Below, one piece after another: positions 18,826 to 26,953 of a DNA stretch of 32,000 bases. A program made the position numbers and the translations under genes. Below the pieces are notes generated by a model, which saw only the letters and a program-made list of their open reading frames with translations, did not search any database and was not told the DNA's origin. Source of the stretch: Candidatus Jordarchaeales archaeon (GTDB lineage: Archaea; Asgardarchaeota; Jordiarchaeia; Jordiarchaeales; Freyrarchaeaceae); NCBI GenBank assembly GCA_038889235.1, contig JAWAHN010000001.1, positions 814,852-846,851 on the forward strand. Direction: 5' to 3'. Positions within the stretch are counted from its first letter, which is position 1. The number at the start of each line of letters is the position of its first letter.

Positions 18826-19539
18826 TTGGTGTGGGATCCTTCCGCTCCACCATGCTCAACCATTATAGTGTTTGGAGCAGCCATTTTAATGACTTTTATT
18901 TCGAGCTTAATTAACAGACTGCTCTTACCAATAGCTAAGATAAAGAGGTATTCTCAAGAAATAAGCAAGTGGAAGAAGGCCTTACAGAGGGCGCGTGAAA
19001 CCGGAGACGAAAAATTAATGATAAAAGTTAAAAGGAGACAAAAGCTCATCGAGAGAATGCAGCGGGAGCAAGCCAGCCTTCAACTTAGACCATTACTCGT
19101 TTACTTCATACCTTTCTTAATCATGTTCTACTACTTGAGTAGTTTTTACAGTTTCCCGTTGGGCCCAGTCGTCTCGCCAAGCATCGTCGCCGTATTACCG
19201 TTCTCGGTTACAGATGTCCCAGGATTCCCCCCAGGAACTTTTGGAGGATACGTGAGCCCACTACTTACCGACGTGTCCGCAGTCTATCCGTTACTTCTCG
19301 TTTTGTGGCCGAGGGTATATCTCATGCAGCTGATCCCAGAGCTTTCAAGGCTGCAGGCTTTACTTAACTTGCTCAAGTTGACAATAGGTTTAAATGTAGA
19401 TTTGCCATTTCTCCCTGTCGTTGACGGTTGGGCACCATTGCCCGGATTTGGACTGTGGTTCATTTGGTGGTATTTCATGACGAGCGTTGCTTTCGGAAGC
19501 CTATTTCAACGCCTTTTCGGACTACGCATACAACAATAA
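18826..19539 (+). CDS. DUF106 / EMC3-YidC-like membrane protein
   Basis: A TM helix, then the basic coiled coil KWKKALQRARETGDEKLMIKVKRRQKLIERMQREQ, then further TM helices. It sits in the conserved position between adk and rpl34e. Confidence 0.7.
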   Translation: MVWDPSAPPCSTIIVFGAAILMTFISSLINRLLLPIAKIKRYSQEISKWKKALQRARETGDEKLMIKVKRRQKLIERMQREQASLQLRPLLVYFIPFLIMFYYLSSFYSFPLGPVVSPSIVAVLPFSVTDVPGFPPGTFGGYVSPLLTDVSAVYPLLLVLWPRVYLMQLIPELSRLQALLNLLKLTIGLNVDLPFLPVVDGWAPLPGFGLWFIWWYFMTSVAFGSLFQRLFGLRIQQ

Positions 19540-19558
19540 AATTGGGGTGATGGTTGAA

Positions 19559-19828
19559 ATGCCGGCGCCAAGGTTAAGATCTAGGAGTTGGAAAAGAAAA
19601 ATGGTCCGAACCCCTGGAGGACGATTGGTCGTTCATTACTGGAGGGATACTTCGAGGAAATACAGATGCGCAGTTTGTGGTGGAGAACTGCATGGATGCC
19701 CTACAGATAAGTACGAGGAAAAGGAGGCGAAAACTAAGAAGAGGCCGGAAAGACCTTACGGAGGATACCTCTGCAGCCGCTGCCTCAAGAAAATGCTGAA
19801 GGACAAAATAATGCAGGGGGTTGTCTAG
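19559..19828 (+). CDS. rpl34e: 50S ribosomal protein L34e (eL34)
   Basis: MPAPRLRSRSWKRKMVRTPGGRLVVHY...CAVCGGELHG...YGGYLCSRCL. SD ggggtga lies at 19544. The longer ORF-track start at 19487 overlaps the DUF106 gene and is unlikely. Confidence 0.9.
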   Translation: MPAPRLRSRSWKRKMVRTPGGRLVVHYWRDTSRKYRCAVCGGELHGCPTDKYEEKEAKTKKRPERPYGGYLCSRCLKKMLKDKIMQGVV

Positions 19829-19833
19829 GGACA

Positions 19834-20397
19834 TTGGTAGTGATAACTATCAGCGGTCTCCACGGTACAGGAAAAACTACGCAAGCGAAGTTTCTAGCTC
19901 AGCGCTTCAACTTAAGATATATTTCAGCAGGAGAAATAATGCGTAATATGGCGAAAAACCTGGGCGTAAGTCTTGAAGAGTTTTCTAAAATAGCTGAAAA
20001 AAACCACGCGATAGATAAGCAAATAGATGAGGCAATAATATCAGAGGCTGAAAAAGGGAACGTGATTTTAGACGGACGACTAACTGCTTGGATGGCGGGG
20101 AAAAAAGCAGATATAAAAATCCTCCTAACAGCGCCACTTGATGTTCGGGTTAAAAGAATAGCTGAAAGGGATAAAAAGAGCTTTGAAGAAGCTTTAAGAG
20201 AGACCGTGGTGAGAGAAGAAAGTGAGAAAAAAAGGTATATAGAGATCTATGGAATAAACGTGGATGACTACAGCGTGTTTGACGTCGTGATAAATACATC
20301 ACTGTGGGATGAAGAAACTATAAAAAGGGTGTTGGAGCTACTGGTTGAAGCGTACTTAACCTCATCTAAGAATAAGATGGGCACAGAAAAAGTTTGA
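19834..20397 (+). CDS. cmk: cytidylate kinase (archaeal type)
   Basis: VITISGLHGTGKTTQAKFLAQRFNLRYISAGEIMR...ILDGRL. Conserved position. Confidence 0.9.
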   Translation: MVVITISGLHGTGKTTQAKFLAQRFNLRYISAGEIMRNMAKNLGVSLEEFSKIAEKNHAIDKQIDEAIISEAEKGNVILDGRLTAWMAGKKADIKILLTAPLDVRVKRIAERDKKSFEEALRETVVREESEKKRYIEIYGINVDDYSVFDVVINTSLWDEETIKRVLELLVEAYLTSSKNKMGTEKV

Positions 20398-20405
20398 GAC
20401 ACAAA

Positions 20406-20699
20406 ATGAAAATTGGAGGTGGAAATGTGGCATTAAGGCCGGGAAGTATTTGCGTTAAAACGGCTGGAAGAGAAGCTGGAAAGAAGTGCGTTGTTGTAGA
20501 TATTTTGGACAAAAACTTTGTTTTAATAACAGGACCGCCAGCTCTAAGTGGTGTTAAAAGAAGGAGGGCAAACATTAAGCACCTAGAGGCTACAGGGGAA
20601 TATATAGATATACCTAAAGGGGCGGACGACGAACTCGTATTGAAGAAGTTGGAAGAAGCAGGGTTAGCTGAAAAGATTAAGGAAAGAATTAAAATTTAA
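20406..20699 (+). CDS. rpl14e: 50S ribosomal protein L14e (eL14)
   Basis: PGSICVKTAGREAGKKCVVVDILDKNFVLITGP...VKRRRANIKHLE. The start is ATG 20406, or TTG 20394 as in the ORF track. Confidence 0.88.
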   Translation: MKIGGGNVALRPGSICVKTAGREAGKKCVVVDILDKNFVLITGPPALSGVKRRRANIKHLEATGEYIDIPKGADDELVLKKLEEAGLAEKIKERIKI

Positions 20700-20730
20700 G
20701 CTAAATTATATTCTTAATTAAGATCTTCGT

Positions 20731-20756
20731 TTATTTCTAAAAGGTTATTTCTAAAA
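20731..20756 (+). repeat. tandem 12-nt AT-rich direct repeat (ttatttctaaaa x2, period 14) in the cbf5 upstream region
   Basis: Read directly: 20731-20742 and 20745-20756 are identical. Confidence 0.8.
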
Positions 20757-20765
20757 TTAATTTAA

Positions 20766-20777
20766 TTTATTTAAAAG
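20766..20777 (+). promoter_or_regulatory. TATA-like box upstream of cbf5
   Basis: tttatttaaaag lies about 39 nt upstream of ATG 20816. This favours ATG 20816 over GTG 20795 as the start. Confidence 0.3.
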
Positions 20778-20815
20778 TACTTAAATAAGAAGTAGTGGTG
20801 GTTGTGTTGCCCAGG

Positions 20816-21852
20816 ATGCTCCCGCCGGAGGGTGTAAAGAGGAAAATTATAGTTAAAAGTGATGACGAAACTAGCGAAGAATATGGTAAGCGCCCTGAAG
20901 AGAGAAGCATTGAAGAGCACTTGAAGGGATGCTTCGTTAACATAGATAAACCAGCAGGACCTACTAGTCACGAAGTCTCTTCTTGGGTTAGGAAAATTTT
21001 GGAGTGCTCGAAAACGGGGCACGCCGGAACACTAGAGCCCCTTCTCAATGAGGGGGGCGGTGAAATCCTAAGGTTACCGGCGTTCTACCAGTGGCTATAG
21101 GTTCGGCTACCAAGCTTGTACAAGCTCTTCACCTTATAGGGAAAGAGTATGTATGCGTTATGAGGTTGCATGGCGATGTTGACCCGGAGAGAGTTCAAAG
21201 CGTCTGTAAGGAGTTTATTGGACCGATTTATCAAAGGCCTCCAATACGTTCCTCTGTGAAGCGGAGGCTTAGGGTGAGACAAATATACTACCTTGATGTG
21301 CTCGAAATTGAGGGGAGAAACGTCTTACTAAAAGTGGGGTGCGAGTCTGGCACGTACATAAGGAAGCTTTGCCACGACATAGGAGAAGTCTTGGGTTGTG
21401 GAGCGCACATGCGTGAGCTTAGGAGAACGCGTAGTGGACCATTTACTGAAGACAATATTGTAACTTTGCACGACTTAAAAGATGCTTACGTTTTCTGGAA
21501 GGAAGAAAAGGACGAGACATATATTAGAAAGGTGTTATTACCCTTGGAGACTGGAGTGCAACACTTACCCAAGTTTTACGTGCGTGACTCAACTGTTGAT
21601 GCCATATGCCATGGAGCAGATTTAGCCATTCCCGGAATTGTCAAAGTTGAAGATGGAGTTGAAAAAGGGGATGTTGTGGCGATTTTGACGCTCAAAGGCG
21701 AACTTGTCGCCCTAGGGACTGCAATGATGACGCTTGAGGAAGTTATGAGGGAGAAAAGAGGTATAGCTGTTAAGACAAAAAGAGTGGTGATGGAGAAGGG
21801 TACGTATCCGAAGCTTTGGAAGAGCAAGAAAGAGTCGAACAAAAGTGGGTGA
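20816..21852 (+). CDS. cbf5: tRNA/rRNA pseudouridine synthase Cbf5 (H/ACA RNP catalytic subunit), interrupted by a 29-nt BHB intron: join(20816..21035,21065..21852)
   Basis: Two ORF-track pieces lie in different frames. The first ends ...KTGHAGTLEPLLNEGGG...* and the second contains (KVTGVLPV)AIGSATKLVQAL.... Splicing gives ...GHAGTLD|PKVTGVLPVAIGSATKLVQ, restoring the TruB/Cbf5 catalytic GTLDP motif. A PUA domain follows at the C-terminus. The product is 335 aa. Confidence 0.9.
21036..21064 (+). other. BHB mRNA intron in cbf5 (29 nt)
   Basis: The central 4-bp helix is cact 21030-21033 paired with ggtg 21059-21062. The 5' bulge is aga at 21034-21036 and the 3' bulge is aaa at 21063-21065. 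The inner helix is gcccc 21037-21041 paired with ggggc 21054-21058. The outer helix is weak, either gga/tcc adjacent or cgccgg 21022-21027 with ccggcg 21077-21082. The boundary is ambiguous by 1 nt with an identical product. Confidence 0.85.
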
Positions 21853-21869
21853 AAGTGAGGGGGGTCCCG

Positions 21870-21882
21870 AAAAATATAAAAT
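21870..21882 (+). promoter_or_regulatory. TATA-like box for the rpl44e-rps27e-aIF2alpha unit
   Basis: aaaaatataaaat lies about 50 nt upstream of TTG 21932. SD ggaggt lies at 21917-21922. Confidence 0.35.
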
Positions 21883-21931
21883 CGCGCTGAATTTTTCCTT
21901 TCCCAAAAGCGATGCGGAGGTTAGGTGAGGG

Positions 21932-22248
21932 TTGAAGTACCCCAAAGTTAGGCGGACGTATTGCCCACGGTGTAAGAAGCACACGGAACACATGGTTAGC
22001 GTTTACAAGAAAGGAAAAGACCGAGCTTTAGCCGCGGGAGCTAGACGCTACGCTAGGAAGAAGCGAGGTTACGGAAGCCAGCCTAATCCCTCCTACGCTG
22101 CGTAGAGGGGGGTAAACCCGTACAGAGAGAGTTTGCGAAAATAACTAAGAAGGTAAGCTTTAAACTGAAGTGTAAAGAGTGCGGGCACATTCTACACACG
22201 AAGGGCATTCGCCTGAAGAAGGTCGAGGTAGTTGAGAAAGGAGGGTGA
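21932..22248 (+). CDS. rpl44e: 50S ribosomal protein L44e (eL42), interrupted by a 29-nt BHB-like intron: join(21932..22086,22116..22248)
   Basis: Absent from the ORF track, so this is my own translation. Exon 1 from TTG 21932 reads [51 protein letters not shown], and the unspliced frame continues NPSYAA*. Exon 2, in another frame, reads [44 protein letters not shown]. The spliced product is 95 aa, the usual size, with the GYGSQPKPVQ..FAK.TKK consensus spacing. Confidence 0.8.
22087..22115 (+). other. BHB-like mRNA intron in rpl44e (29 nt)
   Basis: The central 4-bp helix is gcct 22081-22084 paired with gggt 22110-22113, with two G.U pairs. The 5' bulge is aat at 22085-22087 and the 3' bulge is aaa at 22114-22116. 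The inner hairpin spans 22088-22109 (ccctc(c)tacg ctg cgtagaggg). The outer helix is not adjacent; the nearest is tacgg 22070-22074 with ccgta 22118-22122. This makes it a relaxed BHB. A taa direct repeat makes the boundary ambiguous by up to 3 nt with an identical product. Confidence 0.7.
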
Positions 22249-22254
22249 TATACG

Positions 22255-22461
22255 TTGCGGAAGAAGCGTGAAATTATCCCGCAGCCTAAAAGCCGTTTCT
22301 TGAAAGTCCAATGCCCTGACTGTGGCGCGGAAAACATACTTTTCGATAGAGCTAGCACTGTGGTCAAGTGCCATATATGTGGCACAATACTGGCTGAACC
22401 TAGTGGAGGAAAAGCACACTTGTTAGTGAAGGAGGAAAACATAGTACAAGTTTTGAGTTAA
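22255..22461 (+). CDS. rps27e: 30S ribosomal protein S27e (eS27)
   Basis: TTG start. SRFLKVQCPDCGAENILFDRASTVVKCHICGTILAEPSGGKA. Confidence 0.92.
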   Translation: MRKKREIIPQPKSRFLKVQCPDCGAENILFDRASTVVKCHICGTILAEPSGGKAHLLVKEENIVQVLS

Positions 22462-22484
22462 CCAAATTAAGAGGTCGTGGCAAA

Positions 22485-23279
22485 TTGGTTAAACTTAGAA
22501 AAGAATACCCAGATGAAGGAGATCTGGTAGTGGCAACTGTAACGAGAATAGCAAACCATGGAGCCTATGTAACGCTTGACGAGTACGAAGGAAAAGAAGG
22601 GTTGGTCCATATTTCAGAAGTCTCCCAGAGCTGGGTTAGAAACATAAGGAATTTTCTCAAGGAAGGACAAAAAGTTGTTGCTAAGGTTTTAAGAGTGGAC
22701 AAGAAGAAGGGTTTCATAGACCTTTCTCTTAGAAGAGTGACTGAACAGCAAAGGAAACAGAAGATACAGGAGTGGAAGAGGGCGCAAAAAGCGGAAAGCT
22801 TGCTTGAACTTGCAGCTAAAAAGCTGGGGAAAACGATTGACGAAGCATACGAGAAAGCAGGATGGCCCCTCGAAGACAAGTACGGGGAGATATATGCTGG
22901 CTTTGAGAAAGCCGCAGAAAAAGGGGAGCAACCACTTATAGAGGCGGGTGTTGACGAAGAATGGAGTAAGGTGCTTGCGGAGCTAGCTAAAGCATACGTC
23001 GAAATTCCAAAAGTTAAGGTAAGAGGGATCCTAGAACTAACATCCCTCAGAAGGGATGGGATAGAGGCTATTAAGAAGGCTTTAATCGCCGCTGAAAGTG
23101 TAGTTAAAGACGGGGATGTTAACGTTGAAATCTACACTATAGGAGCGCCGCGTTATAGGGTGGAAATATCAGCCAAGGATTATAAGCAAGCCGAAAACGT
23201 GTTAAAAGACGTGGTTTCCACGGCTTTGGCAGTAATTAAGGAAGAGGGAGGAAGTGGAACGTTTATACGTGAGAAATAA
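22485..23279 (+). CDS. eif2a: translation initiation factor aIF-2 alpha subunit
   Basis: TTG start. The S1 domain is PDEGDLVVATVTRIANHGAYVTLDEYEGKEGLVHISEVS..WVRNIRNFLKEGQKVVAKVLRVD. 264 aa. Confidence 0.93.
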   Translation: MVKLRKEYPDEGDLVVATVTRIANHGAYVTLDEYEGKEGLVHISEVSQSWVRNIRNFLKEGQKVVAKVLRVDKKKGFIDLSLRRVTEQQRKQKIQEWKRAQKAESLLELAAKKLGKTIDEAYEKAGWPLEDKYGEIYAGFEKAAEKGEQPLIEAGVDEEWSKVLAELAKAYVEIPKVKVRGILELTSLRRDGIEAIKKALIAAESVVKDGDVNVEIYTIGAPRYRVEISAKDYKQAENVLKDVVSTALAVIKEEGGSGTFIREK

Positions 23280-23282
23280 ATA

Positions 23283-23459
23283 CTACTCTTTTTGCGTAAG
23301 CTCTTTCTTCAGTTTCCGCCTCCATTCTCCGAAACGGTCTTCTAGAGAAAACTTAGGAGGGTGAGGAATTTTTAATTCCCCTCCACAGTAGGGGCACAAA
23401 TCTTGTTTTAAGGTATATCTTTTGCAGGAAGTACACTTCCTAAGTAAGAACCCTGCCAT
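23283..23459 (-). CDS. nop10: H/ACA RNP protein Nop10
   Basis: Below the ORF-track cut-off, so this is my own minus-strand translation: MAGFLLRKCTSCKRYTLKQDLCPYCGGELKIPHPPKFSLEDRFGEWRRKLKKELTQKE*. It has a zinc ribbon plus the PHPP.FS.ED motif. Confidence 0.88.
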   Translation of the reverse strand: MAGFLLRKCTSCKRYTLKQDLCPYCGGELKIPHPPKFSLEDRFGEWRRKLKKELTQKE

Positions 23460-23486
23460 TACTTACGCACTTCTCCTTGCGCACTT

Positions 23487-26024
23487 TTAGGATTCGGATG
23501 TTACTTCAACTATTATTTCTCTTGTGAAGTCAGGTATCGATGTTTCGATCTTTAGAGGGACATGTACTCCTATTTCGAAAGTTAAATTGCTGGTGAACGG
23601 CACTTGAATGATCTCTCCCGGGTTAACTTTGACGGGCGAAATATTGCACAACGTGTTGTTAAGGTAGACAGCAGTCACGTTGAAAGAAACACGACCAATA
23701 TTCTGAACATGCACCAGACCGCTCCCATTTGTATAGACACTTGCGGTGATATTCATGTTGGCATCCAGTATCGAGTAGTCTATTTCGTATATTTTGACCA
23801 AGTGGTTGCTGGATATAAAGACCGGTTTGAAGTACTTTAGAATACTGAAGTTGCTCCAACCGGAGTACCAGCCAGGCTTTGCTTCAACCTCTCTATAGGA
23901 AATTACGAGTGGAAAGTTATTCTGCTTCATATACTGATACAACTGGTAGTCTAGTATTTTTTCACTGTAAACGGGATAGACTTCCGGTGGCGGGTCATGA
24001 TAGTAGAGAAGCTTGTAGAGGGTTGTATTGAAGAACTTTGGTGTATAGATAGTTCCGGTTAATGTTGGAGTGTAGTACTCGTATTCCCATGCAGGTGGGG
24101 AGGGGAAAATCCATGGAGTGGAGAGGTATACGTCAAAAGGAATCCTTACCATCCATATCCACTTCCCTTCATCCCCGTGGAGGTTTGGGTCGTTGTGGCC
24201 AAAGTACACTAAAACGTGAGTTGCGTTAAAGAGACGTAGAATCTGCAGGCTTTCCGTCTCATTTGTAGTAGTTAAAGCGCGCCCTATGAGCGCTATCTGG
24301 GTAGTGTTAAGCGTAGCATTGTCGACTATCGTCGTCTTATTACCGCGAACCATAATCCAGTAACCATAGTCCCACCAGGAAGCCACTATGGCGTCTTCGG
24401 GAAGCTTGTTCTGCATGAAGATAAAGGCTTCAAACCAGTCTAAATACACATTTCCATAACGATCTCTAGGGACAAATTGGGGAGCACCGGAATAAATGGC
24501 TACAGTGGCACCATGTGAGAACGAGAAGAACAGGATAAGACCTGTTAAAATGAGAACTGCTGCCGCAGATTCCCTCCCAAGAATGCGCTTCACAACCGCG
24601 TACCTTCTCTTAACAATAATTTTTTGTTCTCCGGACACGATTTTCGAAAGTGGGCTGTATATTCGTGATAAAGCAAAGCCGGCAAACAAGCAGGCTATGG
24701 GGGCAAACAAAACTATCAGGCGAACCATGGAAGACGCGAAGTAAACTGTTGTTAGACCTAGAAGTATAAGAAATATGTCTTCATCCTTTCTTCTCTGAAA
24801 CGCTAGGTACATTCCTACGGGGAATAACAGCACCGCTACGTGGAGATCGTAGAAGATCATAGCCCACGACGGCAACGCGTGCTCAGCAACGCTAGCCACG
24901 ATAATCTCTTCTTGCCTATAGGACGGTACGACTACTGATAGATACCTGCCGCTGATGCTGAAAATCGATTGGGTGAAAGTGGACAAGGCAAGAGAGAAAA
25001 ATGGGTTCATAGACGCCGCAAACGTGATTACAATTAAGATAGCTGCCAACGAAGCTACCGCTATGATGGTTATGTTCCGTTTGTTCCTAAGTTTTTCATA
25101 GAGTTGAGGGGTTTTTCTCGAAATAGCAGTTAGAAGAGGAGTTATGAATGGCTTGATTCGAGGGGCTGCTTCCAAAACCACCAGTAAAGCTAGAATCAAC
25201 ATTGCCGGGAGGGAGGTGCTTGAAACCATGTAGCTGCTGCCATGGAATGGAATTCTTGTCCCCACGAAGACGCCAAGCAGAACTGTGATGCTATAACTTA
25301 ACAATAAGTTGGTTGAATATCTTTTCATCAACACTAACAGTACCACTGTTAAAGGGTAAATGTAAAGTAGGTACATAGAGGCGCCCCAGCTAGCTATAAA
25401 TCCTCCAAGGGCTAATCCGGAAATAACTGCTGAAGAAACAGACGATTTCTTCAACGACCTTATGAAAAAGAGGAGGGAGAGAAGGAAGAAGAATAGGCCG
25501 ACACATTCGTTGTCAACCAGCCCTGCTATAGATCGTTCAATGGCCCCTGGTAAGAACGAGTACATGAATGAAGAGATTAGGCCAGCCGTGTCATCTAGCA
25601 CTTCTCTCCCAATGAAAAAGATTAAAACACATGATGCCGCGCCCATAACAGCTGGGAGAACATAGCATACAGTGTTTATGTCAACATTGAAACCCAAAGC
25701 TTTCAAGAAAAAGAAAAAGGCAGCGGCTGTGAATGGAACACCAGGCAAATACTTTTGCGACATATCTAATCCATGAGGATACCACATTTTCGGATTGTAC
25801 CAACCAAACCACGCAGAGTAGCCGTAAATCGATATGAAGGCTGCCTGGTAGTATTGTATTGTTGAGTCATAATCGGATATGTAAGGAGGGTATAAGAAGA
25901 ACGGGTAGAGTCTTAACAGGAAACCGAGAAATGTTATAAAAGAAACGCCTAAAGCAGTAAGCAGTATGCGGCGACTCACTTTAAGTTTAACTCCGCTAAG
26001 TACGGCATTAAAAAGGGAAAGCAA
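23487..26024 (-). CDS. aglB: archaeal oligosaccharyltransferase AglB (STT3 family)
   Basis: 845 aa, with a polytopic N-terminal half. The catalytic WWDYGYWI motif (SWWDYGYWIMV) is followed by a soluble C-terminal domain rich in N-x-S/T sequons. The TTG start is uncertain. Confidence 0.88.
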   Translation of the reverse strand: MLSLFNAVLSGVKLKVSRRILLTALGVSFITFLGFLLRLYPFFLYPPYISDYDSTIQYYQAAFISIYGYSAWFGWYNPKMWYPHGLDMSQKYLPGVPFTAAAFFFFLKALGFNVDINTVCYVLPAVMGAASCVLIFFIGREVLDDTAGLISSFMYSFLPGAIERSIAGLVDNECVGLFFFLLSLLFFIRSLKKSSVSSAVISGLALGGFIASWGASMYLLYIYPLTVVLLVLMKRYSTNLLLSYSITVLLGVFVGTRIPFHGSSYMVSSTSLPAMLILALLVVLEAAPRIKPFITPLLTAISRKTPQLYEKLRNKRNITIIAVASLAAILIVITFAASMNPFFSLALSTFTQSIFSISGRYLSVVVPSYRQEEIIVASVAEHALPSWAMIFYDLHVAVLLFPVGMYLAFQRRKDEDIFLILLGLTTVYFASSMVRLIVLFAPIACLFAGFALSRIYSPLSKIVSGEQKIIVKRRYAVVKRILGRESAAAVLILTGLILFFSFSHGATVAIYSGAPQFVPRDRYGNVYLDWFEAFIFMQNKLPEDAIVASWWDYGYWIMVRGNKTTIVDNATLNTTQIALIGRALTTTNETESLQILRLFNATHVLVYFGHNDPNLHGDEGKWIWMVRIPFDVYLSTPWIFPSPPAWEYEYYTPTLTGTIYTPKFFNTTLYKLLYYHDPPPEVYPVYSEKILDYQLYQYMKQNNFPLVISYREVEAKPGWYSGWSNFSILKYFKPVFISSNHLVKIYEIDYSILDANMNITASVYTNGSGLVHVQNIGRVSFNVTAVYLNNTLCNISPVKVNPGEIIQVPFTSNLTFEIGVHVPLKIETSIPDFTREIIVEVTSES

Positions 26025-26263
26025 CCTTTCCGTAGCCAGGTAGGCCGCCTCCTAACCGCTGTACATTAATCTCTGGAAGGAATTATCCTTTAAAACTTTC
26101 TTCACCGTTCCGTCGCAGATTCAGTACCTGGATTCACCATGCGGCAGCTGAGCCCCCGGAGGGCAAAAAGATTTATAAAAGGAAGTAATTTTTAGTCCCC
26201 TTGCTATGGTTTAATTAATGAATTCACGTTGAATATTTACTAAGAGAGTGAAGGGGAATATTA

Positions 26264-26887
26264 ATGAGCAAAGAGCGCGTGAAAGATAAATGGATTACCA
26301 AAAAATGGTTTACAGTTCTTGCACCTGCATATTTCGGGAATGTTGAAATAGGGTTAACCCCAGCTGATAGCCCGGAGAAGGTCATAGGCAGAGTGATCGA
26401 GACCACTTTGTACAACATCACTGGCGACTTCTCGCTAATTCACGTCAAAATATACTTTAAGATAATTAGTGTCTCAGGAGAGGTCGCCCAGACGGAGTTC
26501 TATGGACACGAGTTTGCCAGAGACTACTTAAGAAGTCTCATAAGAAGAGGAACTAGCAAGGTCGACGGAATCTTTGACGTTACAACCAAGGATGGACGAG
26601 CTCTACGAGTATACCCCGTAGCATTTACAGTTAACAGGATTAAAACGAGCCAAGAGAAAGCTATAAGAAAAATAATGGAAGAGGTTGTGAAAAGAAAAGC
26701 GGAACAGTTAAACTACGGCGAGTTTGCCCAAGAGGCCGTGCTCGGAAAAATAGCTTCCGAAATATACAACCTAGCTAAGAAAATAGTTCCTCTAAGAAAG
26801 TGCGAAATTTGGAAAACCAAGCCAATAAAAGCACGAGCAAAAATAGGTGAAGTGCCCCAGGTGGAGGAGGCACAAGCAGCAACCTAG
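26264..26887 (+). CDS. rps3ae: 30S ribosomal protein S3Ae (eS1)
   Basis: VKDKWITKKWFTVLAPAYFG...GRVIETTLYNITGDFS...FARDYLRSLIRRGTSKVDGIFDVTTKDG. Confidence 0.92.
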   Translation: MSKERVKDKWITKKWFTVLAPAYFGNVEIGLTPADSPEKVIGRVIETTLYNITGDFSLIHVKIYFKIISVSGEVAQTEFYGHEFARDYLRSLIRRGTSKVDGIFDVTTKDGRALRVYPVAFTVNRIKTSQEKAIRKIMEEVVKRKAEQLNYGEFAQEAVLGKIASEIYNLAKKIVPLRKCEIWKTKPIKARAKIGEVPQVEEAQAAT

Positions 26888-26953
26888 CCCCAGCATTTTT
26901 CCTACCTTCCATTCATACTGGTAAATACTAAATGAAAGGAAAGGTGCTTCTTC

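Noticed and set aside
19487-19558. A long N-terminal extension of L34e, as in ORF-track start 19487.
   Set aside because: It overlaps the 3' end of the DUF106 gene in another frame and encodes non-conserved sequence. The canonical MPAPRLRSRS start at 19559 has a well-spaced SD.
20795-20815. The GTG at 20795 could be the cbf5 start, as in the ORF track.
   Set aside because: The TATA-like box at 20766-20777 would place the transcription start at or after about 20800. ATG 20816 gives MLPPEGVKRKIIVK..., matching the usual Cbf5 N-terminus. This is uncertain either way.
22079-22113. The hairpin at 22088-22109 in rpl44e could be a stimulator of -1 ribosomal frameshifting.
   Set aside because: There is no slippery heptamer upstream, and the target frame has a taa stop at 22084-22086. 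Any shift would therefore have to occur inside the hairpin and would add about 10 non-consensus residues. The BHB geometry explains the structure and gives the consensus-length protein.
26025-26263. The 240-nt gap between aglB and rps3ae could hold a small RNA gene. It contains a gattca direct repeat and a gccc(ccgga)gggc hairpin.
   Set aside because: I see no C/D (RUGAUGA...CUGA) or H/ACA (ACA-terminated hairpin) box architecture and no extended conserved-looking structure. It is more simply a divergent promoter region, with tttataaa at 26173-26180. An sRNA cannot be excluded without expression data.
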